A stretch of 64,000 nucleotides of DNA from contig CAMBEO010000004.1 in NCBI GenBank assembly GCA_945865725.1, forward strand, positions 2,016 to 66,015, written 5' to 3'. The notes below the pieces were generated by a model that was given only the letters and a program-made list of their open reading frames with translations, was not told where the DNA came from and ran no database searches. The stretch's first letter is position 1. The number at the start of each line of letters is the position of its first letter. Source of the DNA: Thermoflexus hugenholtzii JAD2. GTDB lineage: Bacteria > Chloroflexota > UBA11872 > UBA12225. Below, one piece after another: positions 55,106 to 63,576 of the stretch. Both the position numbers and the translations under genes were made by a program.

Positions 55106-56014
55106 GTGCTCGACGCTCGTTCACCGCTCCTGCCCGCCGCCTCGGCAGTCCTCTGCGCGGTCTTCGCAGTCGTCCTTGGCAGCCAGTGGTGGGGCCGACG
55201 TCGCCCCCACCAGCTGGCGTGGGCGATCGGCATGGCGTGGTACGGCCTCGCCGCGGGCGCGGACGCCGTCGGACAGGTCTGGGGTTGGACCGACGGGACC
55301 TACCGGACGTGGTACCTGTCGGGCGCGCTGATGGCGGCGGCGTGGCTTGGCCTCGGCGAGGTCTACCTCCTGCGCGCGACCGGGCACGGCGAGGTTGCCG
55401 CCGCGGGCATCTTCCTCGGAAGCGTGCCCGCGGTCGTCCGGGCCGGGCGCCTCCTCGCTGCCGGTGAAGCGACCGGCATGCAATCCGCCCTCGTCGTCGC
55501 CGCCATCGGCATCGGCGTCGCGATCTCCCTGGCCTTCATCACGTGGGAGTGGCCCGCGATCTCCGGCCACGCGACCGCGGCGGCACTCGTGGCATCGACG
55601 GCGTTCGTAGCCTGGAAGGTTTGGGTAGCACCCCTCGACCTGTCGGGAATGCTGGACCCGGTCACCGGCGTCCCCCACGGCGCCGCGATGCCGGATGCCG
55701 TGCGCATCCTCTCCCCGATCTTCAATATCGGGGGGGCGCTCATGCTCGTGTTCGGCGCCGTCCATTCGGCACGCGCGTACCTGCGGGAACGTCGCGACGT
55801 GGAGCGGTTCGCAAGCAACGTGCTGATCGCGCTCGGGGCGATTGCACCGACCATCGCCGGGGTGCTCAACCGCTGGGGGATCACCACCGGCTTCTATGCC
55901 GGGGAGTTCCTTGGCGTGCTGTTGATCTTCGCCGGCTTCCTGGCAAGTCGCGAGTCGATCGCGCGCCATGGACGGCCGATCTTTGCGGTCCTAGCCGGTC
56001 GCTGGTCGCCATGA
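55106..56014 (+). CDS. multi-pass membrane protein of unknown function
   Basis: GTG at 55106 lies 6 nt after AGGAGG and 17 nt after the ATPase stop. About 8-9 hydrophobic helices with no recognisable motif. Confidence 0.55.
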   Translation: MLDARSPLLPAASAVLCAVFAVVLGSQWWGRRRPHQLAWAIGMAWYGLAAGADAVGQVWGWTDGTYRTWYLSGALMAAAWLGLGEVYLLRATGHGEVAAAGIFLGSVPAVVRAGRLLAAGEATGMQSALVVAAIGIGVAISLAFITWEWPAISGHATAAALVASTAFVAWKVWVAPLDLSGMLDPVTGVPHGAAMPDAVRILSPIFNIGGALMLVFGAVHSARAYLRERRDVERFASNVLIALGAIAPTIAGVLNRWGITTGFYAGEFLGVLLIFAGFLASRESIARHGRPIFAVLAGRWSP

Positions 56015-56056
56015 CGAAAAACGCCCCGACCGGATGGCCGGGGCGCCTACGAACGC

Positions 56057-56132
<76 letters not shown>

Positions 56133-56225
56133 TCGGTGAACCAACCATAGCACGCCGGACAACTGCGCGTCCAGTCCTGAACCGCAAGGAAGCGGGACGG
56201 ATGTCCGGCGTGCCACCATTGCGCG

Positions 56226-56930
56226 ATGGTCACGCTTCCGTACTCGTGGCAGGAGTGCCGCCTCTGTGGCGGCGCCTACCTGCTTTGGGCAGACCCCGCG
56301 GCCCACCTGGACTCCGACGAGACCGGCATCGGCGAACGCTGGACCGAGTGGGTCCACCTGGACGGGCGCCAGTACGACCAGGACGACAGTGCCGCTTGCA
56401 ACACGTGCGACGCCCTGGACCTCGAGTCGATGGCGTCGCCGCAGCGACGATGGGGGCTCTCGTTGCCCGGGGCGACGTTGGCGGTCATGCGCCGGAAGGG
56501 CCTTCCCATCCCCGCGGCGCCGATCCGTGCGGGGCATGCGCCCGTGCTCTTCGGGACCGCCCCCGCGGCAACGCTGGCGGGACCGGGCGCCGACGCTCGA
56601 CCGGTCCCGGCGATGCCGTTCCTTGCGCCGGCTCCAGTTCAGGATCCGGCGTTCCCCTCGCCAGTCGCCGCGCCCGCACCGACGCCGGAATCCTTGCCCG
56701 GCGACAGGCGCCGGTCGCGCGGGCCGTCGTCGTCCCGCGCCATCCCGTTCCTCGCCTCGCTTACGCGCTCGATCTCGGCCGCGCCTCGCGTGACGGTCGA
56801 GACCTACGCGCCGCGCGACCCGCTCGAACTCCGCGACCCGCTCGTGTGGCTCGTGACGGGGATCGCCGCCGTCACCCTCGTGGCCGTTGTCGTCGGCTGG
56901 TTCACGAGTCCCGGCAACGTCCCGCAGTAG
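56226..56930 (+). CDS. hypothetical Cys4 / Pro-rich protein with C-terminal TM anchor
   Basis: This is the best-looking of three overlapping frames. It has 'CRLCGG...CNTCD', an acidic/Trp-containing N-domain, a Pro/Ala linker and the TM 'LVWLVTGIAAVTLVAVVVGWF'. No family recognised. Confidence 0.4.
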   Translation: MVTLPYSWQECRLCGGAYLLWADPAAHLDSDETGIGERWTEWVHLDGRQYDQDDSAACNTCDALDLESMASPQRRWGLSLPGATLAVMRRKGLPIPAAPIRAGHAPVLFGTAPAATLAGPGADARPVPAMPFLAPAPVQDPAFPSPVAAPAPTPESLPGDRRRSRGPSSSRAIPFLASLTRSISAAPRVTVETYAPRDPLELRDPLVWLVTGIAAVTLVAVVVGWFTSPGNVPQ

Positions 56931-56951
56931 CCACGGCCCGCCGCGACGCGG

Positions 56952-57818
56952 CTAGCGCAGACCGAGGATGGTCGCGATGTTCGCCCTTGCCGGATCGATG
57001 ACGGGGCGCAAGTGGCCCGTCCGGCTCGTCATCAGCGTCGTCAGGCCCGGCCCATGGCCGGCGATCATGCAGTCCGAGTGCGCGACAACCCCGACGACCA
57101 TCGCCCCGCGCCGGTAGCCCCGGCCGAACGAGTGGTCCTGGTCACGAACCGCGACGAGGTCGCCGAGGCGCAGGTTCGTCAGGCCATGCGCCTCGAGGGC
57201 CTCGCGGTCGTGGGTCTGGATGTCGTAGTCGCCGCGTTCCGGGCTTGACCCGACGCCGGACCCCATCAGTTCCGGGGGGACGATCCCGGCGACCGGAACT
57301 TCGAGCGTGCCATCGGCCGACACCTCAGCGGGCAACGCCTTGAGCAACTGGACCGAGGTGTTCAGGAGCTTGACGTTGGGTGCGTCATGGAGGGCGAGCC
57401 CGCGACCGAAAGCGCGGACCTGTATGCGATCGCCGATTGCCAGCTTCTCGAGGACGTCGGGCGGGAAGTCGACCATCATGTGCTCGGCGCCGCCGTGCTT
57501 GCCGGTCACCGTTCCGACCGAACCCTTGCCGTCGCCACTCACGACGTGCGCCTCGTTGCCGATGCACCCGAGGGTGGCGAGGGCGCTGTTCTCGTCGGCG
57601 TCCTTGTTGCGGATCGTCACGCCCGGCTCGACATGGTCGCAGGCCCATCCGAGGGCGCGGTCGCCGACCCGCACGTTGTAGGTGATCCCGCCGGGACCCG
57701 GCAGGGTCACCGCCCGCCCGTCGTGCGTGACGAGGTAGGGCGAGAAGGGGCGCCGGGGCGAGGCGATCTCGCCGATGACGGAGACCCGGACGATGTCGTC
57801 GTAGTTGGCGTGAAGCAT
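56952..57818 (-). CDS. conserved hypothetical protein (DUF4438-like)
   Basis: 288 aa with non-biased composition. The 'MLHANYDDIVRVSVIGEI' N-terminus resembles DUF4438 proteins from memory. No catalytic motif recognised. Confidence 0.55.
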   Translation of the reverse strand: MLHANYDDIVRVSVIGEIASPRRPFSPYLVTHDGRAVTLPGPGGITYNVRVGDRALGWACDHVEPGVTIRNKDADENSALATLGCIGNEAHVVSGDGKGSVGTVTGKHGGAEHMMVDFPPDVLEKLAIGDRIQVRAFGRGLALHDAPNVKLLNTSVQLLKALPAEVSADGTLEVPVAGIVPPELMGSGVGSSPERGDYDIQTHDREALEAHGLTNLRLGDLVAVRDQDHSFGRGYRRGAMVVGVVAHSDCMIAGHGPGLTTLMTSRTGHLRPVIDPARANIATILGLR

Positions 57819-58076
57819 CTAGATGGCTCCTGCGCGGACGCGTTGCGCGGCGCGTGACCGCAAGGGGCAGCGTAGCGCCGCCGGGGTTCGCCCGCAGGTA
57901 CCATGCGGGGAGCGCCGTTGGCGTGGTCGGCCTCCCTGAGGGGGCGCCGGGCGACGGCACGGGGTGCAGGAAAGTCCCGCGTTGGCGCGCCCTTGGTCCG
58001 TGACCCGAATGACGGGACTCGCGGGCCGGACGCGCTTCAGGTCGACACCACGGTGTCGGAAGGGTGAGCGGAACGG

Positions 58077-59000
58077 ATGGACGACTTCGAGTACGTGCGC
58101 CCCGGGTCCGTCGGCGAGGCCGTGGCGCTCCTGGCGGAGAAGCCCGGGCGCGCGCGCGCGATGGCCGGTGGCACCGACCTTCTTGTCCAGTTGAAGGTGG
58201 GGCGCCGCACGCTTGACCGCGTCGTGGACGTAAAGGGCATCGCCGAACTCAACGAGATCCACGTCGGGAGTGACGGGGGCATCACGATCGGCGCCGCCGT
58301 GCCGTGCCACCGCGTGTACGACCACCCGGCGATCGTGGCCGGGTTCCCCGGGATCGTCGACTCGGCGAGCATCGTCGGGGGCATCGCGATCCAGGGGCGC
58401 GCCACCCTTGGTGGCAACCTCTGCAACGGCGCGCCGTCGGGCGACTCGATCCCCTCGCTGGCCGTCGTCGGGGCGGTCGCGGTGATCGCTGGGCCTTCGG
58501 GTCGGCGCGAGTTCCCGGTATCCGAGTTCTGCACGGGGCCGGGCCAGACGGTCCTAGGCGCGGACGAGCTCCTCGTCGCGATCCGCCTTCCGGCACCGCC
58601 TCCCCGGAGCTTCGGCCACTACCTTCGCTTCATCCCCCGCAACGAGATGGACATCGCCGTCGCCGGCGCAGGCGCGTGGGTTGCCCTCGACGAGGCCGGG
58701 GTGGTCACCGCGGCGCGCGTCGTCCTCGCTTCGGTCGCGCCCACGCCGATCGAGGTGCCGGACGCGGCGACGGCGATCATTGGCACGCGCGGCGAGGCCA
58801 CCGCCCTCGAGGCCGCGAGCGAGGCGGCGAAGGCCGCGGCGCGCCCGATCACCGACATGCGGGGCACGCAGGCGCAGCGACGCCACCTGTCAGGCGTGCT
58901 CACGAAGCGCGCCCTCGCCGGCGCGATTGCCCGGGCACGGGGCGAACACGTTCCCGGGGCCCACGAAGCCCACCGCGTGCACGCAAGCGCCACCCACTGA
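58077..59000 (+). CDS. molybdenum hydroxylase FAD-binding (medium) subunit
   Basis: 'FEYVRPGSVGEAVALL...AMAGGTDLLVQLK' is a CO dehydrogenase flavoprotein-like FAD-binding domain. Confidence 0.85.
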   Translation: MDDFEYVRPGSVGEAVALLAEKPGRARAMAGGTDLLVQLKVGRRTLDRVVDVKGIAELNEIHVGSDGGITIGAAVPCHRVYDHPAIVAGFPGIVDSASIVGGIAIQGRATLGGNLCNGAPSGDSIPSLAVVGAVAVIAGPSGRREFPVSEFCTGPGQTVLGADELLVAIRLPAPPPRSFGHYLRFIPRNEMDIAVAGAGAWVALDEAGVVTAARVVLASVAPTPIEVPDAATAIIGTRGEATALEAASEAAKAAARPITDMRGTQAQRRHLSGVLTKRALAGAIARARGEHVPGAHEAHRVHASATH

Positions 59001-59076
59001 CCGCATCACCCGTCTCCCCGACGCAGGCGCATCGCCGCGGCGGGGAACACACCACCAACTGAGGGAGGCAACCACG

Positions 59077-59580
59077 ATGGTTGCGGTGGATGCCAGGACG
59101 GCGACGAAGGTCGTCGTTCAGGCCACGATCAATGGCGAGCCGGTGCAGTTCCTCGCGGAGCCGCGCCAGACCCTGCTCGAGTGCCTGCGCGACGTGCTGA
59201 GCCTGACTGGGACGAAGGAAGGGTGCGCCGACGGCAACTGCGGCGCGTGCAACGTCGTCATGGACGGGCGGCTGGTCAACTCCTGCCTCGTCCTCGGCGT
59301 CGAGGCCGCCGGGGCAAGCATCACGACCATCGAGGGGATTGCCCCGGTGGGAGGCCTGCACCCGCTGCAGACGGCCTTCCTCGAGCAGGCCGCCTTGCAG
59401 TGCGGCATCTGCACGCCGGGCTTCATCGTCTCCGCCTCGGAGCTGCTCAAGCGCAACGCGCGACCGACCGAGGACGAGATCCGCTTCTGGCTTGCTGGCA
59501 ACCTGTGCCGCTGCACGGGCTACGACAAGATCGTCCGCGCCGTCTTGCAGGCGGCGGAGATGATCCACCCGGCCGCCTGA
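59077..59580 (+). CDS. molybdenum hydroxylase (2Fe-2S)-binding small subunit
   Basis: GAGGGAGG RBS upstream. 'GCADGNCGACNV...NSC' and 'QCGICTPGF...CRCTGY' are the two [2Fe-2S] motifs. Confidence 0.9.
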   Translation: MVAVDARTATKVVVQATINGEPVQFLAEPRQTLLECLRDVLSLTGTKEGCADGNCGACNVVMDGRLVNSCLVLGVEAAGASITTIEGIAPVGGLHPLQTAFLEQAALQCGICTPGFIVSASELLKRNARPTEDEIRFWLAGNLCRCTGYDKIVRAVLQAAEMIHPAA

Positions 59581-59659
59581 CGGGCCGTGACGCGCCGACC
59601 GCCAACCCGGCAGGTGCCTCCCATCTGCCGCAAGCGCCCCGCGAAGGATTGGGAGCGAC

Positions 59660-61993
59660 ATGACGACGACCGCAGACCGCCCCGCCACCAGTAGCCCGAC
59701 GCGCGTCATCTCGATCAATGACGGCGCGAACATCATCGTCTCGCATGGAGACTACGCCGTCATCGGGACGCGCCCGGTGCGCCACGACGGCGTGGACAAG
59801 GTCACGGGGCGCGCCGTGTATGGCGGCGACACGCGCCTCAACGGCCTCCTCTTCGGCAAGGTGCTCCGTAGCCCGCATGTCCATGCGCGCATCGTGAGCA
59901 TCGACACGTCGAAGGCCCGCGCGGTGCCCGGCGTGCACGCCATCGTGACGAACGCCGACCTGCCCACGGCCGAGGACCGCGAGGTCAACCTCGGCGAGGG
60001 CGGGGGCAACCTCAAGTACATGAGCGACAACGTCCTCGCGAGCGACCTGGTCCTCTACAAGGGGCATGCCATCGCCGCCGTGGCCGCGATCAACGTGCAC
60101 GTGGCGGAAGCCGCCTGCGCGCTGATCGAGGTCGAGTACGAGGTCCTCCCCGCGGTCCACGAGATCAAGGCCGCGATCGCGGAGGGGGCGCCGCTGGTCC
60201 ACCCGTCGCTCACCACGAAGTCGCTCGGCAAGGACACCGGCGTCCACTCCAACATCACGAACCACGCGCGCCTGCAGATCGGTGACCCCGACGCCGCGTT
60301 TGCCCGTGCCGACGTCATCGCCGAGGGCGAGTTCACGACGACGATGGTCCATCAGGGATACATCGAGCCGACCAACGCCACCGCCATGTGGTATGCGGAC
60401 GGCAAGGTCACGATCTGGACGTCGACCCAGGGATCGTTCGCGGCGCGGGACAGCACCGCGCAGATCCTCGGCCTGCCGGTCTCCCGCGTGAAGGCCGTCC
60501 CGCAGGAGATTGGCGGGGGCTTCGGGGGCAAGATCAACGTCTACCTCGAGCCGGTCGCGGCCCTCCTCTCGCGCGCGAGCGGACGGCCCGTCAAGCTCAT
60601 CATGACCCGGGCCGAGGTCTTCCAGGCCACCGGCCCCGCGCCAGGGTCGTACAGCAAGGTCAAGTTCGGCGCGACGAAGGACGGTCGCCTCGTCGCGGCC
60701 TCCGCCGAGATTTACATGGAATCGGGCGCGTACCCGGGATCAGACACCGGCGCGGCGATGCGTTGTCTGTACTCTCCGTACAAGATCGACGACATGCGCG
60801 TCGACGGCTACGACGTCCTGACGAACCGGCCGAAGACCGCGCCGTACCGCGCGCCCGGCGCGCCACAGGCGGCGTTCGCCTCGGAACAGGTGATCGACGA
60901 CCTCGCCCGGAAGCTCGGGATGGACCCGGTCGAGTTCCGCTTGCTGAACGCCGCGCACGAAGGCACGCGCCTCGTGAATGGCCCCCTCCACAAGAAGGTG
61001 GGCGGCATCGAGGTCCTCGAGCAGACGAAGGCGCACGCGCACTACCAGTCGGACCTTGGCACGCCGTCCCCCGGCACCAAGCGCGGGCGGGGCGTCGCGA
61101 TCGGCTACTGGTTCAACATCGGCCTCCCCTCGAGCGTCGCCATCAGCGTGAACGCTGACGGTTCGGTGACCCTGGTCGAAGGTTCGACCGACATCGGCGG
61201 TAGCCGGGCGTCGATCGCGATGCAGGCGGCCGAGATCCTTGGCGTCCGCGCCGAGGACGTCCGCCCGAGCGTCGTCGATACCGACTCCATCGGCTACACG
61301 GGCGTGACCGGCGGTAGCCGCACGACCTACGCGACCGGTCTCGCCGCGATCGAGGCGGCGCGCCACGTCATCGCCCAGATGACGGCCCGCGTGGCGAAGG
61401 TCTGGTCGGTCTCGCCCGATGAGGTGTCGCACGACCACGGCGCCTTCCGCGCCGGAACGCGGTCGATGTCCTTCAAGGACGCCGCCGGCCACCTCGACGA
61501 GACGGGCGGACCGATCACGGGGACCGCAAGCCTCGACCCGCAAGGGCACGGGGGCGCGTTCGCCACCGTCACCTGCGACGTCGAAATCGACGTGGAGACC
61601 GGCAAGACGCAAGTCCTGAAGTGGACGATCGTCCAGGACGCTGGCAAGGCGATCCACCCGAGCTACGTCGAGGGGCAGTTCCAGGGCGCCAGCGCGCAGG
61701 GGATCGGGTGGGCGTTGTCCGAGGAGTACTTCATGAACTCCAAGGGCGAGATGACCAACACGTCCCTCCTCGACTACCGCCTACCGACGGCCTTCGACGT
61801 GCCGATGATCAACACCGTCATCGTCGAGGTGCCGAACCCCGGCCACCCGTTCGGCGTGCGGGGGGTCGGCGAGGCGTCGATCGTCCCGCCGATGGCCGCG
61901 GTGGCGAACGCGATCCGTGACGCGATCGGCGTCCGGATGCATGCATTGCCGATGAACCCGGGCGCGATCCTCCACGCTCTCGGCACCATCTAG
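59660..61993 (+). CDS. molybdopterin-binding large subunit of xanthine dehydrogenase / aldehyde oxidoreductase family
   Basis: 777 aa. 'VDKVTGRAVYGGD', 'APYRAPGAPQ' and 'GVRGVGEASIVP' are present. The loop is not the CODH-type AYRCSFR/AYRGAGR. Confidence 0.9.
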   Translation: MTTTADRPATSSPTRVISINDGANIIVSHGDYAVIGTRPVRHDGVDKVTGRAVYGGDTRLNGLLFGKVLRSPHVHARIVSIDTSKARAVPGVHAIVTNADLPTAEDREVNLGEGGGNLKYMSDNVLASDLVLYKGHAIAAVAAINVHVAEAACALIEVEYEVLPAVHEIKAAIAEGAPLVHPSLTTKSLGKDTGVHSNITNHARLQIGDPDAAFARADVIAEGEFTTTMVHQGYIEPTNATAMWYADGKVTIWTSTQGSFAARDSTAQILGLPVSRVKAVPQEIGGGFGGKINVYLEPVAALLSRASGRPVKLIMTRAEVFQATGPAPGSYSKVKFGATKDGRLVAASAEIYMESGAYPGSDTGAAMRCLYSPYKIDDMRVDGYDVLTNRPKTAPYRAPGAPQAAFASEQVIDDLARKLGMDPVEFRLLNAAHEGTRLVNGPLHKKVGGIEVLEQTKAHAHYQSDLGTPSPGTKRGRGVAIGYWFNIGLPSSVAISVNADGSVTLVEGSTDIGGSRASIAMQAAEILGVRAEDVRPSVVDTDSIGYTGVTGGSRTTYATGLAAIEAARHVIAQMTARVAKVWSVSPDEVSHDHGAFRAGTRSMSFKDAAGHLDETGGPITGTASLDPQGHGGAFATVTCDVEIDVETGKTQVLKWTIVQDAGKAIHPSYVEGQFQGASAQGIGWALSEEYFMNSKGEMTNTSLLDYRLPTAFDVPMINTVIVEVPNPGHPFGVRGVGEASIVPPMAAVANAIRDAIGVRMHALPMNPGAILHALGTI

Positions 61994-62072
61994 TCGGGCC
62001 TGTCGGGACCCGCACCCCACTCCCGCGCAAGCGGTGGAGGGGTGCGGGATGCCCGCGCCCCGTGCAACTCCC

Positions 62073-62363
62073 ATGGCCACCGTCTTCATTCCGCCCGCGT
62101 TGCGGGACCTCACGAGCGGCGCCACGACCGTCTTGATCGACGCGCCGACAGTTCGCGCCCTCGTGGAGGAACTCGACCGGAAGTATCCCGGCGTGCGCGA
62201 CCGCTTGTGCGAGGGGGCGTACTTCCGTCCCGGCCAGACCGTTGCCGTCGATGACGTCGCGTTCACTAACCGGGTCGCCATGTACCAGGAGGTCGGGCCC
62301 GACTCCGAGGTGCATTTCATCGCGGCGATCGCTGGTGGGGCGGCCGGCGCCTCCCGTCACTGA
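62073..62363 (+). CDS. CysO/MoaD/ThiS-type beta-grasp protein, Gly-Gly followed by 7-aa tail (..AIAGGAAGASRH)
   Basis: 'MATVFIPPALRDLTSGATTV...' is paralogous to the two other carriers, and 'HFIAAIAGG' corresponds to their 'IVPAVAGG'. Alternative starts are ATG 62049 (6 nt after GGTGGAGGGG) and GTG 62034. Confidence 0.65.
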   Translation: MATVFIPPALRDLTSGATTVLIDAPTVRALVEELDRKYPGVRDRLCEGAYFRPGQTVAVDDVAFTNRVAMYQEVGPDSEVHFIAAIAGGAAGASRH

Positions 62364-62403
62364 CTGACCAGTTCCCCACTTTCGCCACGGAGGCGCCCCC
62401 CAG

Positions 62404-63399
62404 ATGGAGTACCGCATCCTCGGCGCCTCGGGCGTCCGCGTCTCGGTGTTGAGCCTCGGGACGGCGTTCTTCGGCATCCGGCCGGGATGGCGCGATGTCC
62501 CCGGGATCGTCGGTCGTGCCCTCGATGCCGGCGTCAACTTCATCGATACCGCGAACTCGTACGGCAACCAGGCACGTTTCGACCGGCCGGGCGTGCCAGG
62601 CGTGCCGGGATGGCGCGAACGGGCGTCGTCCGAGGAGCTGGTCGGGCGCGCGATCCGCGGACGTCGTGATCGCGTCGTCATCGCGACGAAGGTGCAAGAA
62701 CGCGTTGGCGATGGCCCGAACGACGGCGGCCCCGATGGTGGGGGACTGACCAGGAGGCATGTCGTCGAGCAGTGCGAGCGATCGCTGCGTCGCCTCGGCA
62801 CGGACTGGATCGACGTGTACTACGCCCACCACGTCGATCCGACGACGCCCATCGAGCAGTCGTTGCGTGCATTCGACGACCTGGTGCGCGCGGGCAAGGT
62901 CCGCTACGTCGGCCTTTCCAATTTCTCCGGATGGGAACTCGCCCGCGCGCACGGCATCTGCGAGCGCCGTGGTTGGTCCGTCCCGGTCGCGATGGAGATG
63001 GCATATAGCCTAGCGAAGCGGGGGGTCGAGGCGGAGGTCGTCCCGGCGTGCCGCGCCCATGACGTCGGTCTAACTTGCTACTCGCCGCTCGAGGCGGGCC
63101 TCCTGACCGGTGAGGTCTCGACGTCCCGTCCGGCTGGCGACCCGGCGCGCGTGCGCCGGAACGGGCAGGCGTTCTCGCCCGCGCAGGTCAACCTTGCGAT
63201 GCGGCTCGAAGCGCTTTCGGCGTCATGGGGCACCCCCTCGGCCACGCTTGCGCTGTCCTGGCTTGCGGGTCGCCCGGGCGTCACGAGCGTGATCCTTGGC
63301 CCGGAGACGGTCGCTGATCTCGAGGCGGGGATCACAGGTGTGGCCCATGCCCTGGACGAGGGACAACGCGCCATCCTTGACGACCTTCGCGTCGAGTAG
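62404..63399 (+). CDS. aldo/keto reductase
   Basis: GGAGG RBS upstream. 'MEYRILGASGVRVS', 'FIDTANSYG' and 'RYVGLSNF' are present. Confidence 0.85.
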   Translation: MEYRILGASGVRVSVLSLGTAFFGIRPGWRDVPGIVGRALDAGVNFIDTANSYGNQARFDRPGVPGVPGWRERASSEELVGRAIRGRRDRVVIATKVQERVGDGPNDGGPDGGGLTRRHVVEQCERSLRRLGTDWIDVYYAHHVDPTTPIEQSLRAFDDLVRAGKVRYVGLSNFSGWELARAHGICERRGWSVPVAMEMAYSLAKRGVEAEVVPACRAHDVGLTCYSPLEAGLLTGEVSTSRPAGDPARVRRNGQAFSPAQVNLAMRLEALSASWGTPSATLALSWLAGRPGVTSVILGPETVADLEAGITGVAHALDEGQRAILDDLRVE

Positions 63400-63426
63400 C
63401 GCGCGCCATGCCCGGCGCGCGCGATG

Positions 63427-63576
63427 CTAGGAGCCTGTCCGATCATCGCAGGGACGTGGCAGGACGTCCGTCCGGGTCCCGGGTGCGTGCGCCTCGGGGC
63501 CCACGACTCGCGCCGCAAAACGGGGCTGGTCGCCGACCATTCCCACCGACCGACGAAATGTCGGACAGGCGCCTAG
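63427..63576 (+). mobile_element. MITE-like inverted-repeat element, copy 3 (150 bp)
   Basis: Termini are CTAGGAGCCTGTCCGA ... TCGGACAGGCGCCTAG, a 16-nt inverted repeat with one mismatch and palindromic CTAG ends. The right-hand CTA (63573-63575) is the stop codon of the convergent MFS gene. Confidence 0.65.

Noticed and set aside
59660-61993. Calling the Mo-enzyme a carbon monoxide dehydrogenase (coxSML).
   Set aside because: The large-subunit active-site loop reads APYRAPGAP rather than the CODH signatures AYRCSFR or AYRGAGR. It is therefore left as a generic xanthine dehydrogenase / aldehyde oxidoreductase family enzyme.
63399-63422. GC-only hairpin (GCGCGCGCC-ATGCCC-GGCGCGCGC) just after the aldo/keto reductase stop, considered as an intrinsic terminator.
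   Set aside because: There is no T-tract, and the hairpin is short and compositionally trivial in this GC context. It is mentioned only as context for element copy 3.
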